Assembly (NCBI GenBank): GCA_010909165.1
Contig: MU008204.1
Span: 367,260-431,259, forward strand
DNA: 64,000 bases
Direction: 5' to 3'
From: Anthoceros angustus
Taxonomy: Eukaryota; Plantae; Anthocerotophyta
Part shown: positions 36,800 to 50,916 of the stretch, piece by piece
Layout: the number at the start of each line of letters is the position of its first letter
Numbering within the stretch: the first letter of the stretch is position 1
Made by a program: the position numbers and the translations under genes
The notes under the pieces: model-generated
The model's input: the letters and a program-made list of their open reading frames with translations, nothing else
What the model was told of the DNA's origin: nothing
Databases searched by the model: none

Positions 36800-39700
36800 C
36801 GGAAGAAGGTAGGATGCCCACGCCTAACCCATCGATGGCGCAGCCATGGCCCCTACCTCGACCAAACAAGCGACTCCATATCTGGAGGGAAGAAGGAGCG
36901 GATGCGAGACCTTTGTGGAGGACTTCGTGTCCAAAGCCAACTTCAACGGAGAGGGAGTCGACGCCTCATCCAAATTTTTCCAAGGGGTTCTCCGAGGACA
37001 CCGCTCAATGGTATCGGAGAAAGTACCACCGGAGAATGCCCCACCCGCCTGCTTGAAGCTTTGAAAATGCCTTCTTAGAACGGTTTCGAGGATCGACCAG
37101 TGAGGGGTATGTATTATCAAAGTTGGAAAATCAAGCGAGGGAAGAAGGAGAAGCCGGGCTCAGACATCGAGCGGTTCTATGCCCGAGGATCGGCATCCAA
37201 CCCATACCACGATGCAAGCGGTGGTTCGCGTCTAGCCAAACCCATGTGCACGCCCCGCCGCCGAGAAGGACGTGGGCAAGTCGAGCCAAAACTACGAGGA
37301 ATCGCTACATCGAGGATAAAGAACCGCCAAGGAGGCAAGAAGAAGAAGAAGAAACGGGGTTCACTCGAGGAGGAAGAGTCTTCGAGGAGGAGGAAGACCA
37401 ATGAGGTGTCTTCGAGGAGGAGCAAGTCCAAGAAGAGACGGAGGTCTCTAGCGAGGAAGAGTATCCCGCAAGAAGAAGAGCAAGAAGCCCCAAAAAGAAG
37501 TGGTAAGAAGGAGGTGGTGACACCAAGACCGTCCGAGAAGCTCCGACCCGACTCCTCAAAGGAGGTAGCAGTCCGCGGGAGGACCGGAAAAGTGATAAAG
37601 AGAGTAGAGGACCGCGATAAACTGTGTTAAGGACCGAGCGCGGAAAACACCGACTACGAACGCATCTCGTGTGCCGTGCCAAGAACACGGCCATTCGAAG
37701 TCCAACCGCCTCAAGGCCGGCATCAAGTGGACTACGAATACGAGGAGGAGGCCGAGGAGCAATGGGAAGAGGCCTATCGTGTGAAGCCCTCTCCGCGATA
37801 TCCCAAAACCATGTATCCGCCAACCGGAGGTCCACACAACGGGCCCCACCGATGCAAAGACCGCATGGGAGCCCCTTCGTATCCTCCGCACGGCCGTGGT
37901 CTGCTGGAACCGCGGAATCTCGCCATTACTCCAACGCGTGTCCGCACTCAACGAGGTGGTAATGGGGACTTCGAGCGTGGCGATGGTGCGGCATAAGGCA
38001 GACGCTATGTCCCAACCCCGACAAGGACGTACGATATGCCACACCGCGGAGAACCCCGACCACCAACGCCACCTCCTAAGACCACTGCACGGCAAGTCAA
38101 GATGCTCATGGAGTGGGAAGAGATTCCAGGTACGCGAGATGGAAAAGAACAAGAAGGTACGTGGGGTGTCGAAAGGAGTGGAAATCTTGAGGTGTCTACT
38201 CAGAGTCAAGGAAGGAGCGAGAAAGGCGCCATTGAAGAAGAACAAGATCGAGGAAGGCCACGGACGCCGAGGAAGGCAATCAAACGGAAATACCAGCAGA
38301 GGATCCGACCGATGAAGGAGGGCTGACGGCAGCCCGCCGAGGGATTACCCAAGGAAGTTCTCCGCAGATGTGGAGAACGGTGCCTGACGGCGACGTTAGC
38401 CAGACGTAGTCCGGAGGTGACCGAGATGTTGCAGGAGGAAATGCGCAAGCATCCGGAGAATACCGTAACACGGGTGACCCGGGAGAGGATGAGGACGCAG
38501 CAGGATCCTCGATTGGGGTAGAAGCCTCGCCTTTAATGTGGCGGACTGATGATGAATCGCCAAGACCAGTCCTTTCGTGCCGAGGGATAACCCAACCGAC
38601 AAGAGGTCCGCCGGGCCGTTAGGGAAACCCACCGGCGGAGCACCAAAGCCGTGAAGGGTAGCATGTGGAAGTGAGGGTGGTGTCCCATACGACCTGTGGG
38701 GCGCCAGTGGTACAAGTGGAGATTGGATGTATCATCAAGGATGTACTTGGACACGGGTCCGAGTCAACCTCATCACCCACCAGACGAAAATTGGGCTTCA
38801 CATCCTTCAACCTCAACGAAGACTCGAATGGCGTACATGTCAAGAAGAGATCCGCGGGAGTTAACCGGAACCATAGCCCCGCGCACCCTACAAACCGGAT
38901 TTTGTTGTGATCAAACCGCCGGACCATTAGGGTATGAGGTGTTGCTGGGCCATGGGGTTGGCCTGCAAGCTACACTTTGGAAGGAAGGAGATTCACTTCA
39001 AGCCGTGGATGGGACCCTAAGGTGCGAGAAGGGAGGTTGCTATCACCGGAGCAAGGACACCTATTGTGGGAAACCGTGAGCACTCGGGTATACCTCGGAG
39101 GACTCCACCGGCGACGAACAAGATAGTTCCGAGGAGGCGACTTTTCGCCAAGATCCGCCGGTCCGAGGAGGAGATGGACTACGCGGATGCCTTTGGAAGT
39201 GGTTGATTGTTTTGAGTAAACGCCACAACGGGCCGGAGGAAGGAAGTGAAGAGGAGGTCGGACCAAAGACAAGGGGAGACAACAAGAGTCGGACCAAGGA
39301 AAAGCGGACATCAAGGAGTAACACGATTCACCTCCGACGAGCTCTTCGAGAATGGGGATGCGAGAGGACGATCCCGAGAGGAGGACGAGGGGTTTGGACG
39401 CAATGAGGCAAAGACGGAACGGGAGACGGTGAACCCGGACGACGTGGAAGAAGTGGAGGTCCGCAAAAATTCAAGTTTAAGAAAGGCATGCCTCGGACCA
39501 AGGAAGGACTAAAGCACTGGGAGTTTTAAGGTGTTCCTTCAAGGTCACGGACATGAAGGGCATTCAAGAAGTGGGAGAGCATAAGATCGAAGCCGTGAGC
39601 GTGCCACCGAATCCGACAATACAAGCTCAACCCCAAGTATTCGATCAAGGTGAAGGAGGTCCTTGATAAGTACCGGAGGCAGACATCATTTTCCCCATCG

Positions 39701-42010
39701 TCACAGCCGAGTGGGTCGCTACCGATTGTGGTGGTTCCCAAGAAACAGCCAAATTGCATGCCAAGATTGAGGAAGCTCAACGAACGAGAAGGACCACTTC
39801 CGATGCCATTCAGAGACGACATTTTGGACAAGGTGGTCGGACGGACTACTTACTCCTTCCCGGATGGCTACTGGACATAACCAATTGCACCTAAGGGAGT
39901 CGGACCGACAAGACGACCTTCACTACGGAGTGGGTACGCTTGCCTACAAGAGAAGTGCCTTTGGGATGACCGAGTGTCTCATGCGTATGGTGACCAACGC
40001 CTTCCGTGACTTCGAGGGACTTCATGGAGATATTCTGGATGATTTTGTGTGCATGGGGAGGTGGACAAACACCTTGGGCATCTAAGAAGGTGCTTGAGCG
40101 CCGAGACTCAATTGAGCCTACACCGAGAAATGCTACTTTGGAATGACGGAGGGAATCTTGTGGACATCGTGGCTGAATCGAGGTGGACCAGACAAGGTCC
40201 GGTCATCCGCCTCCACCACGAACCTAAAGGAGCCGAGAGGTTTCGAATGGTGGGATACTACCGTTTATTAAGGACTTCGAAGAGGGCGGCTAAGTTGATG
40301 TAATCATCGGAAGGAGGAGGTTTGGACCGGTCACGTGGAGCGAGAGGAGGCCTTCGGATTTACGTAACACCTTGGTAACCGTTCTAAGAGGACCGGATCG
40401 AGCAAGAAATTTCATGTGTATGTAGATGTGTCCGCTGCTATCGGAGTAGTGCCGAGCGGACGACAAGCGGCGGGATTATCCCGTATACTGGACGACACTC
40501 ACCCACGAACTAAAAATACACAACTACAGAAGAATCGGGTATGGTATATGTCGCCAAGAAATTCGACACTACCTACTACCCAAAGGAGTTTGTGTTCTAT
40601 GTAGACCACTTTGCTCAAGCATCCGTGAATAAGACGGACCGTCCGGACGGATAGCAAGGTGGATATTGTTGCGCAGGAGTTCACGTCAAGTGGAAACAAG
40701 ACAAGGGAGGCAAGACTAAATGCGATTTCGTCACGATTGAAAACAGAGCAGTGTTGAGAGAAGATGCTCCTGGATGAGACATTGGTTGCCGCAGAAAGTA
40801 CAACCGAGGAGCCCACCGATCAACCCCAAGAGAACGGCATTTAGAAGTGAGAAGGGAGGGTCCGGCCGTCCGACCTAAGAAATAGAGCGGTACTGGGAAT
40901 GGAGCTTCAAAATCGACTCGGGATGAGGGAGGCATTCGTGCACTATGCTCGACCCTTCGTAATGTACAACGGTGTGTGTTCAAATTAGGGCCGACGGAGT
41001 AGAACGAAGGTACTTGCAACCGCAGAGACAGGAGCTCGCCAAGGGAATGCACGAAGGATTGGGGGACACTACGCAAAGACAGTCACCACCAAAAGATTTT
41101 GAAGCGGACCGGTGGCCAACAATGTATGGGGACACCCACCGCTTAGGAAGAAGTGTGATGCTTGTCGGATCGGAAGCCAACCCCGACGACACGGGCCGCT
41201 AGTACCGATATTGGCACCGCACCTTCAAAAGTGGGGTATTGACTTTGTTGGACCTATACACCCAAGACACACACAAAGGAGATACATCCCGTGGCAACGA
41301 CCATCGCACTGTGGGTAGAGGCGGTATGACAAGAACGGACTCAAATACCGTGGCCAAATTCTGACGAGAACATCATAACCCGCACGGATGTCCGCCGCTT
41401 GGTAAGTGATAGGGGAACCCATTTCCTTAATGATGTGGTGGCCGCCATGACGGAGTATTTCGCATCAATCATCGCAAGACGGCACCCTACAATCCTAAGG
41501 CCAATGGACAGAGAAGACAAATGGGCTCATCCGCAGGATTCTCGAATAAACTCACGGAACTACGCCCATGACTGGATACTCCATCCATCCGTGGGCGCTC
41601 CGGACAGCAGAGAAGGTGACCACACAACGGACCCTTACTTGACCTTGACACTCCCGTAATGCCGTGAGAGTTTGAAGTGCCCACTTTTCGAGTAATGATG
41701 GAAGGAGACGAGAAGAGGAAAGCCAGAGCGACTCTTGGGGTTTGTTCAAGACAGAGGATGGGGAAGAAGCTCACCAAGATGCACAGGTGCAAAACCAAAT
41801 AAAGATTTGGCACGATCGCCGATCTGAATCGAGTATGTAAAGGAAGGGACCGCCCTCCTTTATGATAGTCATACATGCATTTTCCGTGCAAACTTCACCG
41901 AGATGGATGGGTCCGTATCAAGTGGTGCAAGTATATGACAACGGGTCCGGCCCAGCCACGCCTAGATGGAGAGCTGCCCACTGTGAACGGTGGCGGTGAA
42001 GAAGTATCAT
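36800..42010 (+). pseudogene. gag-pol (gag, probable protease, RT, RNase H, integrase with GPY/F tail), frameshifted
   Basis: RT: YKLNPKYSIKVKEVLDKY...PIVVVPKK...RKLN...PMPFRDDILDKVVG..YSF.DGY, LDDF. RH: FHVYVDVS. INT: QKWGIDFVGPI...VSDRGTHFLNDVV...ANG. Then WMGPYQV...TVNG. Confidence 0.9.
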
Positions 42011-42036
42011 GCTTAGTGTTGGCGAGACGCCAAGAT

Positions 42037-42046
42037 GAGAAGGGAG
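42037..42046 (+). promoter_or_regulatory. Polypurine tract
   Basis: gagaagggag, 2 nt before the TG that starts the 3' LTR. Confidence 0.7.
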
Positions 42047-42048
42047 TA

Positions 42049-45000
42049 TGTGGCTATGCACTTCGGGAGTTAAGAAATAAGTAGGGTTTCGCTTTTTAGG
42101 ATTGAAGGATAAATAAGGCGAAAAGGAGGAATAAATTGGGGTAGCGCCGAGGCTCGGAGTATACTCCCGACTGGAGTGAACAACGGACCCCTGACCACTA
42201 TGGCAAGCTCCGACTACGCCGAGTAACGGATAAGTCCGAACCCACCTGTGTCAAAATAGGATAAGTACGCCAGAAAGTAACCTAGGAGCGAGGCGTGAGG
42301 ATGCGAGGCGGCGCCACGGACGGCCCCGAGTGGAGGTCGCATGAGGCCTGACCTCGCGAGGCCGTTATAAGGCAGTATTCACGCCCGCGGCGCGCGCGTA
42401 AGGCCGCAGTAAGCGAGGGTCGAGTAAGCCATGCACTCGCCACGGACAACGAAGAGGCGCCGGCCAGCATTCCACAAGCGCCAAGGAGGGAGGTCATGCC
42501 GCAGCCTCCGCAATCCTCATAGCCTTGCGCCCGCAATCCGCTCGGCGCTATCTTTTGGGCGCCAGCCAGAGCGCGCACCGCTGGGCATAACGCGCGAAGG
42601 AGGAACATCGTGCCGGACTCGCGCCTACAAAGAACAAGAGGAGGAGAAAGCAATGGCACCCAAAAGCCGAGAAGTCTGGGAGCCATGGACCGTGGAGCGC
42701 AACATTGTGACCCGCGCTATCCGGACTTCCCGGCCGGAGGAAGTGGGGAATTGGTGAGTGGCATCCGGACGTGTTCCAAATGGTCGACCTTTGACAACGC
42801 ACTCTAGTCCGGAGTTTGCCCGAAGATGCCGCGGCGATCAACAAGGAGGTCCGATCCAAGAACCTCCGGAGGAGGAGGCGATGGACCTTGAGGTCCCGAG
42901 GATGGCCTACAACCGCCCAAGGAGGAAGAAGGGGCGTGCCGAGCCCCTTAAGGCGGGAAGATAGGGCCAGCCGCGGCGAGGCTCGAACGCGGACAACCAA
43001 CGGATGGTTGATATCCGATCCGCCGGATGCCGAGTAAGGGCGGTAGCCCGGATCATTGTCCATTGAACTCGCCACCAAGGTGGATCACCTTGGTGATAAC
43101 TGCTGGTCTCGCATGCGCCCAATGGGAGAGCGGACTGGGAAGGATTATCGCCTGCCTTCGCCAGAGGCACGCAAGCTAAGGAGCGAAGCCTCATGGGGCC
43201 GACCTACCGATTCATGTATGGGGACATTTCGAGCTCTCAAGGAGAGCTTGAGCGGCGCCAAGGGCCGGAGGCCCCGCTGTAGAGCGTGCAAGGGCGCCGA
43301 GGTGGGGGTCGCCCTTCAAGACCAAGCGACTCGGAGGAGGACGATCGAGGATTCCTGACTCCATACGTCTGAGCGAACCCCTCACCACCTGTGAAGTTTG
43401 GGAGGCGATTCCCCTTCCTCCTTTTGGTGCCTCCGAGCCGGCAAGACAGAGGGAGCCGATGCCGAGGGCGCATGGCCCGCACCGGCTGTAACAATGCCCA
43501 ACAACCACGACGGCCGCCGAGCCCCGACGAACTCAACGGGAGCAAGAGGAAGACGGTGCCGCTTACCAACGCAAAGACTCGAGGTGCACTACCGCCCACC
43601 TGAGTGGCAAGAGGTCAAGAGGCGTAAGGAGGGCGAAGGGACGTGGCCCAAGGAGCAGGAGGTCACCGCGCACCCCCACCTCGAGCCGGCCTGCCCCGGC
43701 TGTGAAGGGGCAAAAGAGCTTGCTCCGACCCCTCACCTCCTCCGAGCCCTGTGAGAAAGAGGGCACAAAGGAGTTAGAGGCCAAGAGGGCCAAAGAGGGT
43801 GAGACTGACCACCACTGTGACCCGAGGGTCCCGATTAGGTCCGAGAACCCACCGACTTACTCCCGATCAAGGTATGGAGGTCCTTGGCGAGAAATGCCGG
43901 CCCCACTACGGACTTTGTACTCACCGCGGCCGTGGAAGAAACACTAAGTCTGCCTACATGGACGGAATGCTTTGGGGTCTCGTGGTACAGGAGAAGACCT
44001 GTGAAGTGGAGGCCACCCGAGGAGGATGGTGGAACCCAAGAGCAAGTGAAGGCGGCAAAGGAAAGGCGGAGTCCCTCGCCGGATCGAGGAAGGGAACGCC
44101 GGGTGAGCGAGGCCCGGTTCACAGATCGGGTTAAGGTTCTTCACCGGCGGTCAAGCAAGCTCAGAGGCCCAAGCGCGGAGGACCTTGCGTAAGAGGGAAG
44201 CGCAGCAGAGGCTAAGAGGCCCGGCACGCAGAGAGCTCGACCGCGAGGCGGCCGGCAGCCGCGGGCGAGGCCAAAGGCGGCGAAGGAGTCAAGCAAAAGA
44301 GCGACCGGATCACTACGTGATCGAACCGAGGAAAGAGCCGCGGCAATGAGCACAAGGCGACAGCGGCCATGGAGGAAGGGCCAAGACTGGGAGATAGGAT
44401 CTCCGAGTACCGCAGAGGGGAGGCGGCAGCAGATGGAGGACAAGAAGGACACTGAGCTACAACCCAAGATGCGTGAGCAGCAGTGATTCTCAACGAGAAT
44501 CCACGACTCGAGCACGAAATAGCCTGGCCTCAAGACGGAGGAAAATCGCGACTATCCAAGGAGTTGGACGCTGTGCTGCTGTATGAGCCGGAGGAAGTCC
44601 GAGCGGACGGAGGTATCCGACACTGGAGAGGAGCGGAGCTAAAGGCCGTAATGAACGGAGGAGCGAGCACCGGAAGGTAAAAGAAGCCGCCGTCCACCGA
44701 GAAAGGCGGAAGGGAACGCCGCGCTATGGCGGTAAGTCGGCGGAAAGGAAACGGAGAGCGGAGCAACAGTGCACTGCAGGAGGTGACCGAGGCCGCCTTG
44801 TAGCCTCACGTGATACAGCCCGCCCACCACAACCGGGCAGAGAGGTGGCCCAACAAGCCGAAAAGACGCCTAACACTTATGGCGGAGGGAGTATCGGTGC
44901 CCGCACACGTGGAAGAGGCAATTCAACAAGTCGATCTGACTTTGCCTATTACCACGCCGAGCTCTCAAGGCGAGAAGCCTCTCGACGCCGGCACGGACCC

Positions 45001-46336
45001 CGGAAGGCTCAAGGAGATGAAGGCCACGGGACAAGACAGGACCCTAGTGGCCCCTGCTTGAGATGACGGAGCGCGGAGAGGAGCAACCGGAGGAGCGAAC
45101 GAGGAGCGGGCGGATGCGATCGAGGGGCACCCCGCACCTCACCATGGAAGGAGGGGCCAACGGCGAGTCCCGGGCGATCGGGAACTGGAGGACTTGAGGA
45201 GAGCCACGGAGGAGTCCCGTGAGGGAGGAAACCCGGTGGCGTGAGTCCGGACTTTGTCCGGACTCTGAGGGAGGCCGACTCAAGTCCGGACCTGCACAAC
45301 TGGGACCCCGAGGTCCGACCTGCAGACAAGGTCGGACCTAGCCGGCCGACCTGTGAATAAGCCGGACTCAAGTTCGAGTCGAGACAGACCCGAGGACCGG
45401 GCAAGAAGGAGGAGCCCCTTCGACTTACGCTTAGGGGAGCCGATAGGTGGCCCCACCGCCAAGGACCTGTGGAGGCCAGGGAGGATGACGCCGGTAACGG
45501 CGTTGTCACCGCCGCCAGAGCCCAACCCGGCTGTGATTCCGGGAGAGGAGGGGCCCGCCTCACGGATCATCCGATTGGGTGCACCACAACCGCCGTGACG
45601 GGGATTGACCACCCATTCCGAGGCGGGGCCTGTGACCTTCCCACCACACCGGCGAAGGAGATAGGGGATAGGCGGTAGGCCGATTAGGGTATACCGAAAT
45701 CACGCCGTAATAGGGGTGTAATAAAGACGCCACCTTGGGCGCAGATAAGAGGGCCGAGGTCGCCTAGTAAAGCATCTTCTCTTGGTGTTGATGCCGCTTT
45801 GCACCTTTGTGAGTCTTCTTGCTAACGTGAGTCCCGAGTCACCGAAGTCCCGGGAGATTGATCAAGGTCCCGTGACGGACTTAACGCTGTGTGTGTGCGT
45901 GGAAGGGTGATCGGTGACCTGCTCGCCCCGGAGCCGCGCCCGAACCGGATCGAACGTGAGCCGGAGGAACTCCGGAGGGCGAGCCCGGACGAGAGGCCCG
46001 GAACGACGGAGGAGGTCCGGATCACAGAACCGGCCTTTTCTAAGATCAAGAGTGTAGCGTGAGGGGAGAGAGGAAAGGACTGGATGCGTGAGGGATGTAT
46101 GTGAACGATACGGACGCGAACGGGTCCTTAAACGTTTGGCCATACCGGGCCTGTACGGTGAACGTTGTGAGTAGTTAGGAGTATGTGTGTGTGTTGAGAC
46201 TGAACGAGCGCTAAGGACGGTAAGAATCACCTGAAACGCGGTAAACGGGCCTATCATTCCCTTGGGAACGGACTTCTTCCTACAACGACACGGGATTGTG
46301 CGCGCCCGGCTGGCCATCAGCAAAAGTCACGCCACA
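42049..46336 (+). repeat. 3' LTR (~4.29 kb)
   Basis: TGTGGCTATGCA...gtcacgccaCA, canonical TG...CA ends. Confidence 0.88.
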
Positions 46337-49300
46337 GGCCCCGAGGAATGGCTAACCATCGATGAATTATAGAAATGCGCGCCGCACGGGCGCACACGCA
46401 ACGGTGGCCGGGCACGCTACACAAGCGCGGCCGCGAATCAAGTTAGCGGCAAGAAAGATTTTGTTCACAAGATGCACGCGCCGCAACAGCCCATTGCCTG
46501 ACAAGCATGTAGGTATGTCTCGAAAACAAGTGAATGGTGAGGGTGATGTATGGAACACATGGACATGTACCACATCGCAATGAAGGTCATGTGCCATGTA
46601 TAGGCGTAAAGATGGGATGCCGGAGGATATACCTTCGATAATGGTGTGTAGCAAAACATAAAAAACCCACGGACATCGGTACTTATTCATTCCCCGCCAC
46701 CCACGACAGGGCATATGGATGTATGAAAACATGGACACCACATACACACATGAAGCTAATGTGACATATATAGACAAGAGGTTGGGAGGACGGATGAATT
46801 ATCCTTGGATAATGGAACGGATGATATATCGAATAGTGTATTAATACATTCAATAATGTATTAATACACCAATGGTACTTAATTATTCCCGACACCCAAG
46901 GACGACTGCCTATAAATGTCATGCATGTATGTGAAAATATGGACATTTTCCACATACGGACATGTGGTCATGTGACATATGTAGCACGAACCGACATGTG
47001 ACATATGTAGGCACGAACCGACATGATCCTTGGCAAACCAACGATGCCGCATAAATTTGACCTTGGAGAATGGTATATATTAATATCCAGACTAAACGTG
47101 GACAATGCTACCGCATTATCCCCGACACCCAAGGACGACCGCCTATAAATGGTGAGGGCCTATGGATGGAGATGCGAACGTCATCTCTTTTCTCGCATGA
47201 TACAAGGATGAACGGACACCAAAAGTGGCGCGTTCAAGGGAGGCGCCGAGGATGTGTGCGAACCCGCACATCCATACCCTAGGACATTGTCTGTGGAGGC
47301 GGAGTGATGAAGGTCCGTAGGTCTCGCACGATCGGGCGGAGGTGAATTTGAAGGAGAAGGCATCGATCGCCCACGCGCCATCAATCCACAACACGCCATC
47401 CCGAAAATACAGAGATGCCGAGTAACACGGAGGAACTTGCGGTTGTTCGTGATTCGATTCTGCACGTGCACATATGGAGGATGACGCCATTGGGAATCTT
47501 CGGATTATGGGAGCTCGGTATGCATCCGCCTCTCTTTGGAATAGAGACACGGTGATTTGGTAACCAGCCTCATCCGAGGAAGAAGTAGGAAATGCCGGAA
47601 TGAATATCAGCCCTTTCTTAGATGGAAAGGCGTCGACGGTGTTTGCGCGGCTTTGTTGCGATTGCATTGTGAACGGCGAGATTCATGTATGAAACTTGCC
47701 TTCCCCGGCACGCTGTAAAGCCGGTTGTAACGAAGAGGAGAAGGAAACGTGTAACACTTGTCACCCTATGCGTCACCCATGCAATTGGAATGAGAACGGG
47801 CATGCGCGATAACAGAATGGAAAACGGCCGTAGTCCGCAATGATCACAGGCGAGTCCATCGGTTTTCTCGCCTGCATGTAAGGATGTGCCGCAATAAATT
47901 GCCGTGTCAAAAACTATTCCTCGACAATTCCATCAATTGAAAACATCGGCCGCCGGGAGAGGCGGAGGGAGGGTCCGGGCGGTTTCGCCCGCGCCATGTC
48001 GAGATGGAGTCAAGGGAACAAGTTTTTTGCTGGTGATTTCGGTCACATGGCGCGGCAGAGCGCGCGAACGGGTGGTCTTTTGTCCGGGCGGCACGGCGCG
48101 AGGCGGGAATCGAGGGTTTGAAAGAGGCTACCGCGTATTCCGCCGCCATCTCGCCGCCTTCCCATCTTGCGCGCTTTATCCTAAAACGAAATGCCTTGCA
48201 CATCGACAGACCCAAGATTCGTGAGTCCGGCAACCTCGCCGTTCCAGAGAACTCACCAAGACATGGTGGCGTGCCTATACCTTTGCCGACGGTTAGTTTG
48301 AACATGTTCATGATGTCCGCTTGATACTAAAGCGGCAGCGCCGCCCCTGTCTGGTCACGCGGTGACCGTAATTTGCTGTTCGGAAGGAAGCATACGACGC
48401 CTTCTCGCGAAACCCGACCGCTGGCGTCGTGGCTGATGGGGCTAATTTCGGGTGGACATTGGGAGCACATGGAAATGCCATATGGGATCCGGATGGTATG
48501 CGGAGGACATGGATGTTGGGGAGGACCTCGCGAGGAAAATGTCCCTGACGAGGTTCCGTTCCAAGCAAGATGCCGAGTCTAATGGCACGCCGGGTAGTGC
48601 CCGCGTAGCTCGCTTTTGCGCAGCCTCCACGAAGTGTGGGCGGGCAATTTTGCAGCTGCAGGCAGTCAACGGGCGGAGGCACCATGTTGCTGCAAACGTG
48701 GGCCAGCAATTGTTGTGGACGACATGGACAACAAGGAGCTGGTACTACACAAAAGGGGATTGCGGTGGCTCCAAGACCAGCTGCTGGAGCTAACAGGTGG
48801 TGGGCAAGAGGAAGGGAATGTGGCCCGGCCGCCACCATTGACATTTGGTGGCCTGACTATGCCACGGCATAAGAAGTTCATGGAAGTCATCCGCAGCAAA
48901 GCTGCAAACGGGATTCCGGGCAAATGGAGCGACTTGTCGCAGGCAAGGAGGAAGGAACTGTGCAGTGAAGTGGCTTCACAGTTCCCAGATCTCCTGGTGA
49001 AGTCCATGATTAGGTCAGAGTTTAGCCGCACACCCAACGCCGAACAATAGATATGGAGGCAAGAAAGGCATACGCCTTTAGCGGAGAAGAGAGTAGGAAA
49101 AAGTCAGCTTTGAAACCCACCGGGCGGATGAAAAGGTGTGGAGGATATTGTCACATGGGCACGAGTTGAACTCATATAACACGGAACTTTTGTCCCAAGG
49201 CATCGCTTGCAGGCGAGATTGGAGAAATCCAATGGACAAGGGCCAAACCCATGGGCTAGTGTGGACGCTACTGGGGAGTTCAAGTTCCAAGAAAAGTATG

Positions 49301-50690
49301 GGAGAGCCCCAACCGACGAAGAATGCGAATTTGGTGCACTCCGCCAGCCGCAATGAACTGTGGGATGTGATGAAGCGGAGAACCACCTGCACTTCAAAGA
49401 TCTGCGGTCATAATAAGGGCTCAACGCGATGCCAAAACCTCGAGGCCAAACGCCCTGTAAGTGCGGAATTAATTCCGATTCGGATGTTGGTGCTTGATGA
49501 GGATGAAGACGGTGGGGAAGAGCCGGATGATGGGGATGACACAAGAGGACACAAATTCCGAGGACGAGGTGGAGGACGAGGGACGGAGAAGAGTATGCGT
49601 AAGAGGGGGGGACGGTGCGCATGGGGATGAAGACAACGGCGAATGGAAAAAGCTGGCATCTCACACATATGCACATCGAGTCACTAGGTGGAGGGGCATC
49701 GGCGTAAACGACGATTTCGAGGAAGTGTATACTGCTCGAGCGACAGAAAAGGCCGATAGGTGGCCACGTCTTGGCGTACCAAGGCGTATCGACGAGGGCC
49801 CGAGCAACGCGTGAAGACAAAGGCCTCCGAAGGGGAGAGAGGCGCGAAATCCGTGGTGAGACGCATCGATGGACTCATGAGGTTTGGGCTGCGTTAGTTC
49901 CGTGCACTAATGTTTCTTCTCATGCGACAACCGGCCATGGGACGTCGGCAATGTGGAGGGCCCGCAACCATCCGAGAACCAACGATGGAAAGGCACAAAG
50001 CAAAGGAGCACATTTATCACGGAATGCGAAAAGAGCCAAAGGCCGCAAAAGTGTCATGAGCGGTACAGATAAAACACGCGACGCGAGTATAATTAGATGT
50101 CGAGGCCGCAGAAACTACAAAACCCATGAAATGACATGGACATGTGCTTAGCAAAGGTGTAACTCGTGTATTGTGATTTTGACCAAATAACGCGACTTCT
50201 CAGATAGCATCGCCGTATGCACGACGATGTATCAAATGACGCGACATGACGGCATACCGCCGACATACGACGGACGTATGTCGCCAGTGTTCAGAGACGA
50301 TATGGGGCCGTGGGATGTACATGCCACATGTCCGCAGCGTACACCGTCGACATGAGCCGCTGCACACCGCCGAAAGGACAAGTATGACAAGGGCCGGAAT
50401 GATTCGGGAGCGGAGGGGATGTCAGGCGCGTGTTAAGTTTGAAAACAAACCCGATGGGTTATTAATGCGTGGACCGGAAAGGCCACAAACTCTGACAAGG
50501 GGCGGAACCGAACCTGACTCCAGCCCTGAAACCGGGCCCAAAGTGTGTAACATTTTGTTGACCTTCATAAGGTGTTTTGTAATGTATCCTACCGACACGG
50601 CCTAATCCATGTTACAAAACCGCATAAACGCTATAAAAACCTCAATCGTTATAAAACACCATAACATGGACACCATTGTTTCTAGTAGTG
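46337..50690 (+). mobile_element. Right-hand portion of the CACTA element, ending in a terminal inverted repeat
   Basis: Ends ...ttgtttctagtagtg (reverse complement CACTACTAGAAAC) at 50690; lies downstream of the TnpD once the Gypsy insertion is removed. Confidence 0.75.
48450..49800 (+). pseudogene. Probable CACTA TnpA-like second ORF, frameshifted
   Basis: Position inside the CACTA; KFMEVIRSKAANGIPGKWSDLSQARRKELCSEVASQFPD-type helical segment; acidic tail. Confidence 0.4.
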
Positions 50691-50916
50691 TAATACGCGT
50701 AATATACAAACTTATTTTATATGAAATTGAATACCGATAGCACTTAAAATAATATAGTACATTTATCACCGAGACTACATGCGTATAGTATAAGGATACA
50801 TGTATTTATATATGGCGTATTGATGGGCGATGATTGGTAACTACCAAGTAAAAAGTATTCCAAAGGGCAAAAGTAAAGGGCAATGGTGGATGGGGAGGAG
50901 GTTCTACTAAGCTCCA

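Larger units (their letters stand above)
32211..46336 (+). mobile_element. Full-length Ty3/Gypsy non-chromovirus LTR retrotransposon (Athila/Phygy-like), ~14.1 kb, nested in the CACTA element
   Basis: Two ~4.3 kb direct repeats, PBS, PPT and pol in RT-RH-INT order; near-TSD GGCTC (32206-32210) / GGCCC (46337-46341). Confidence 0.9.

Noticed and set aside
32211-46336. LTR-LTR differences as an age estimate; frameshifts as programmed recoding
   Set aside because: Differences are mostly scattered small deletions consistent with long-read error, so they are uninformative without polishing.
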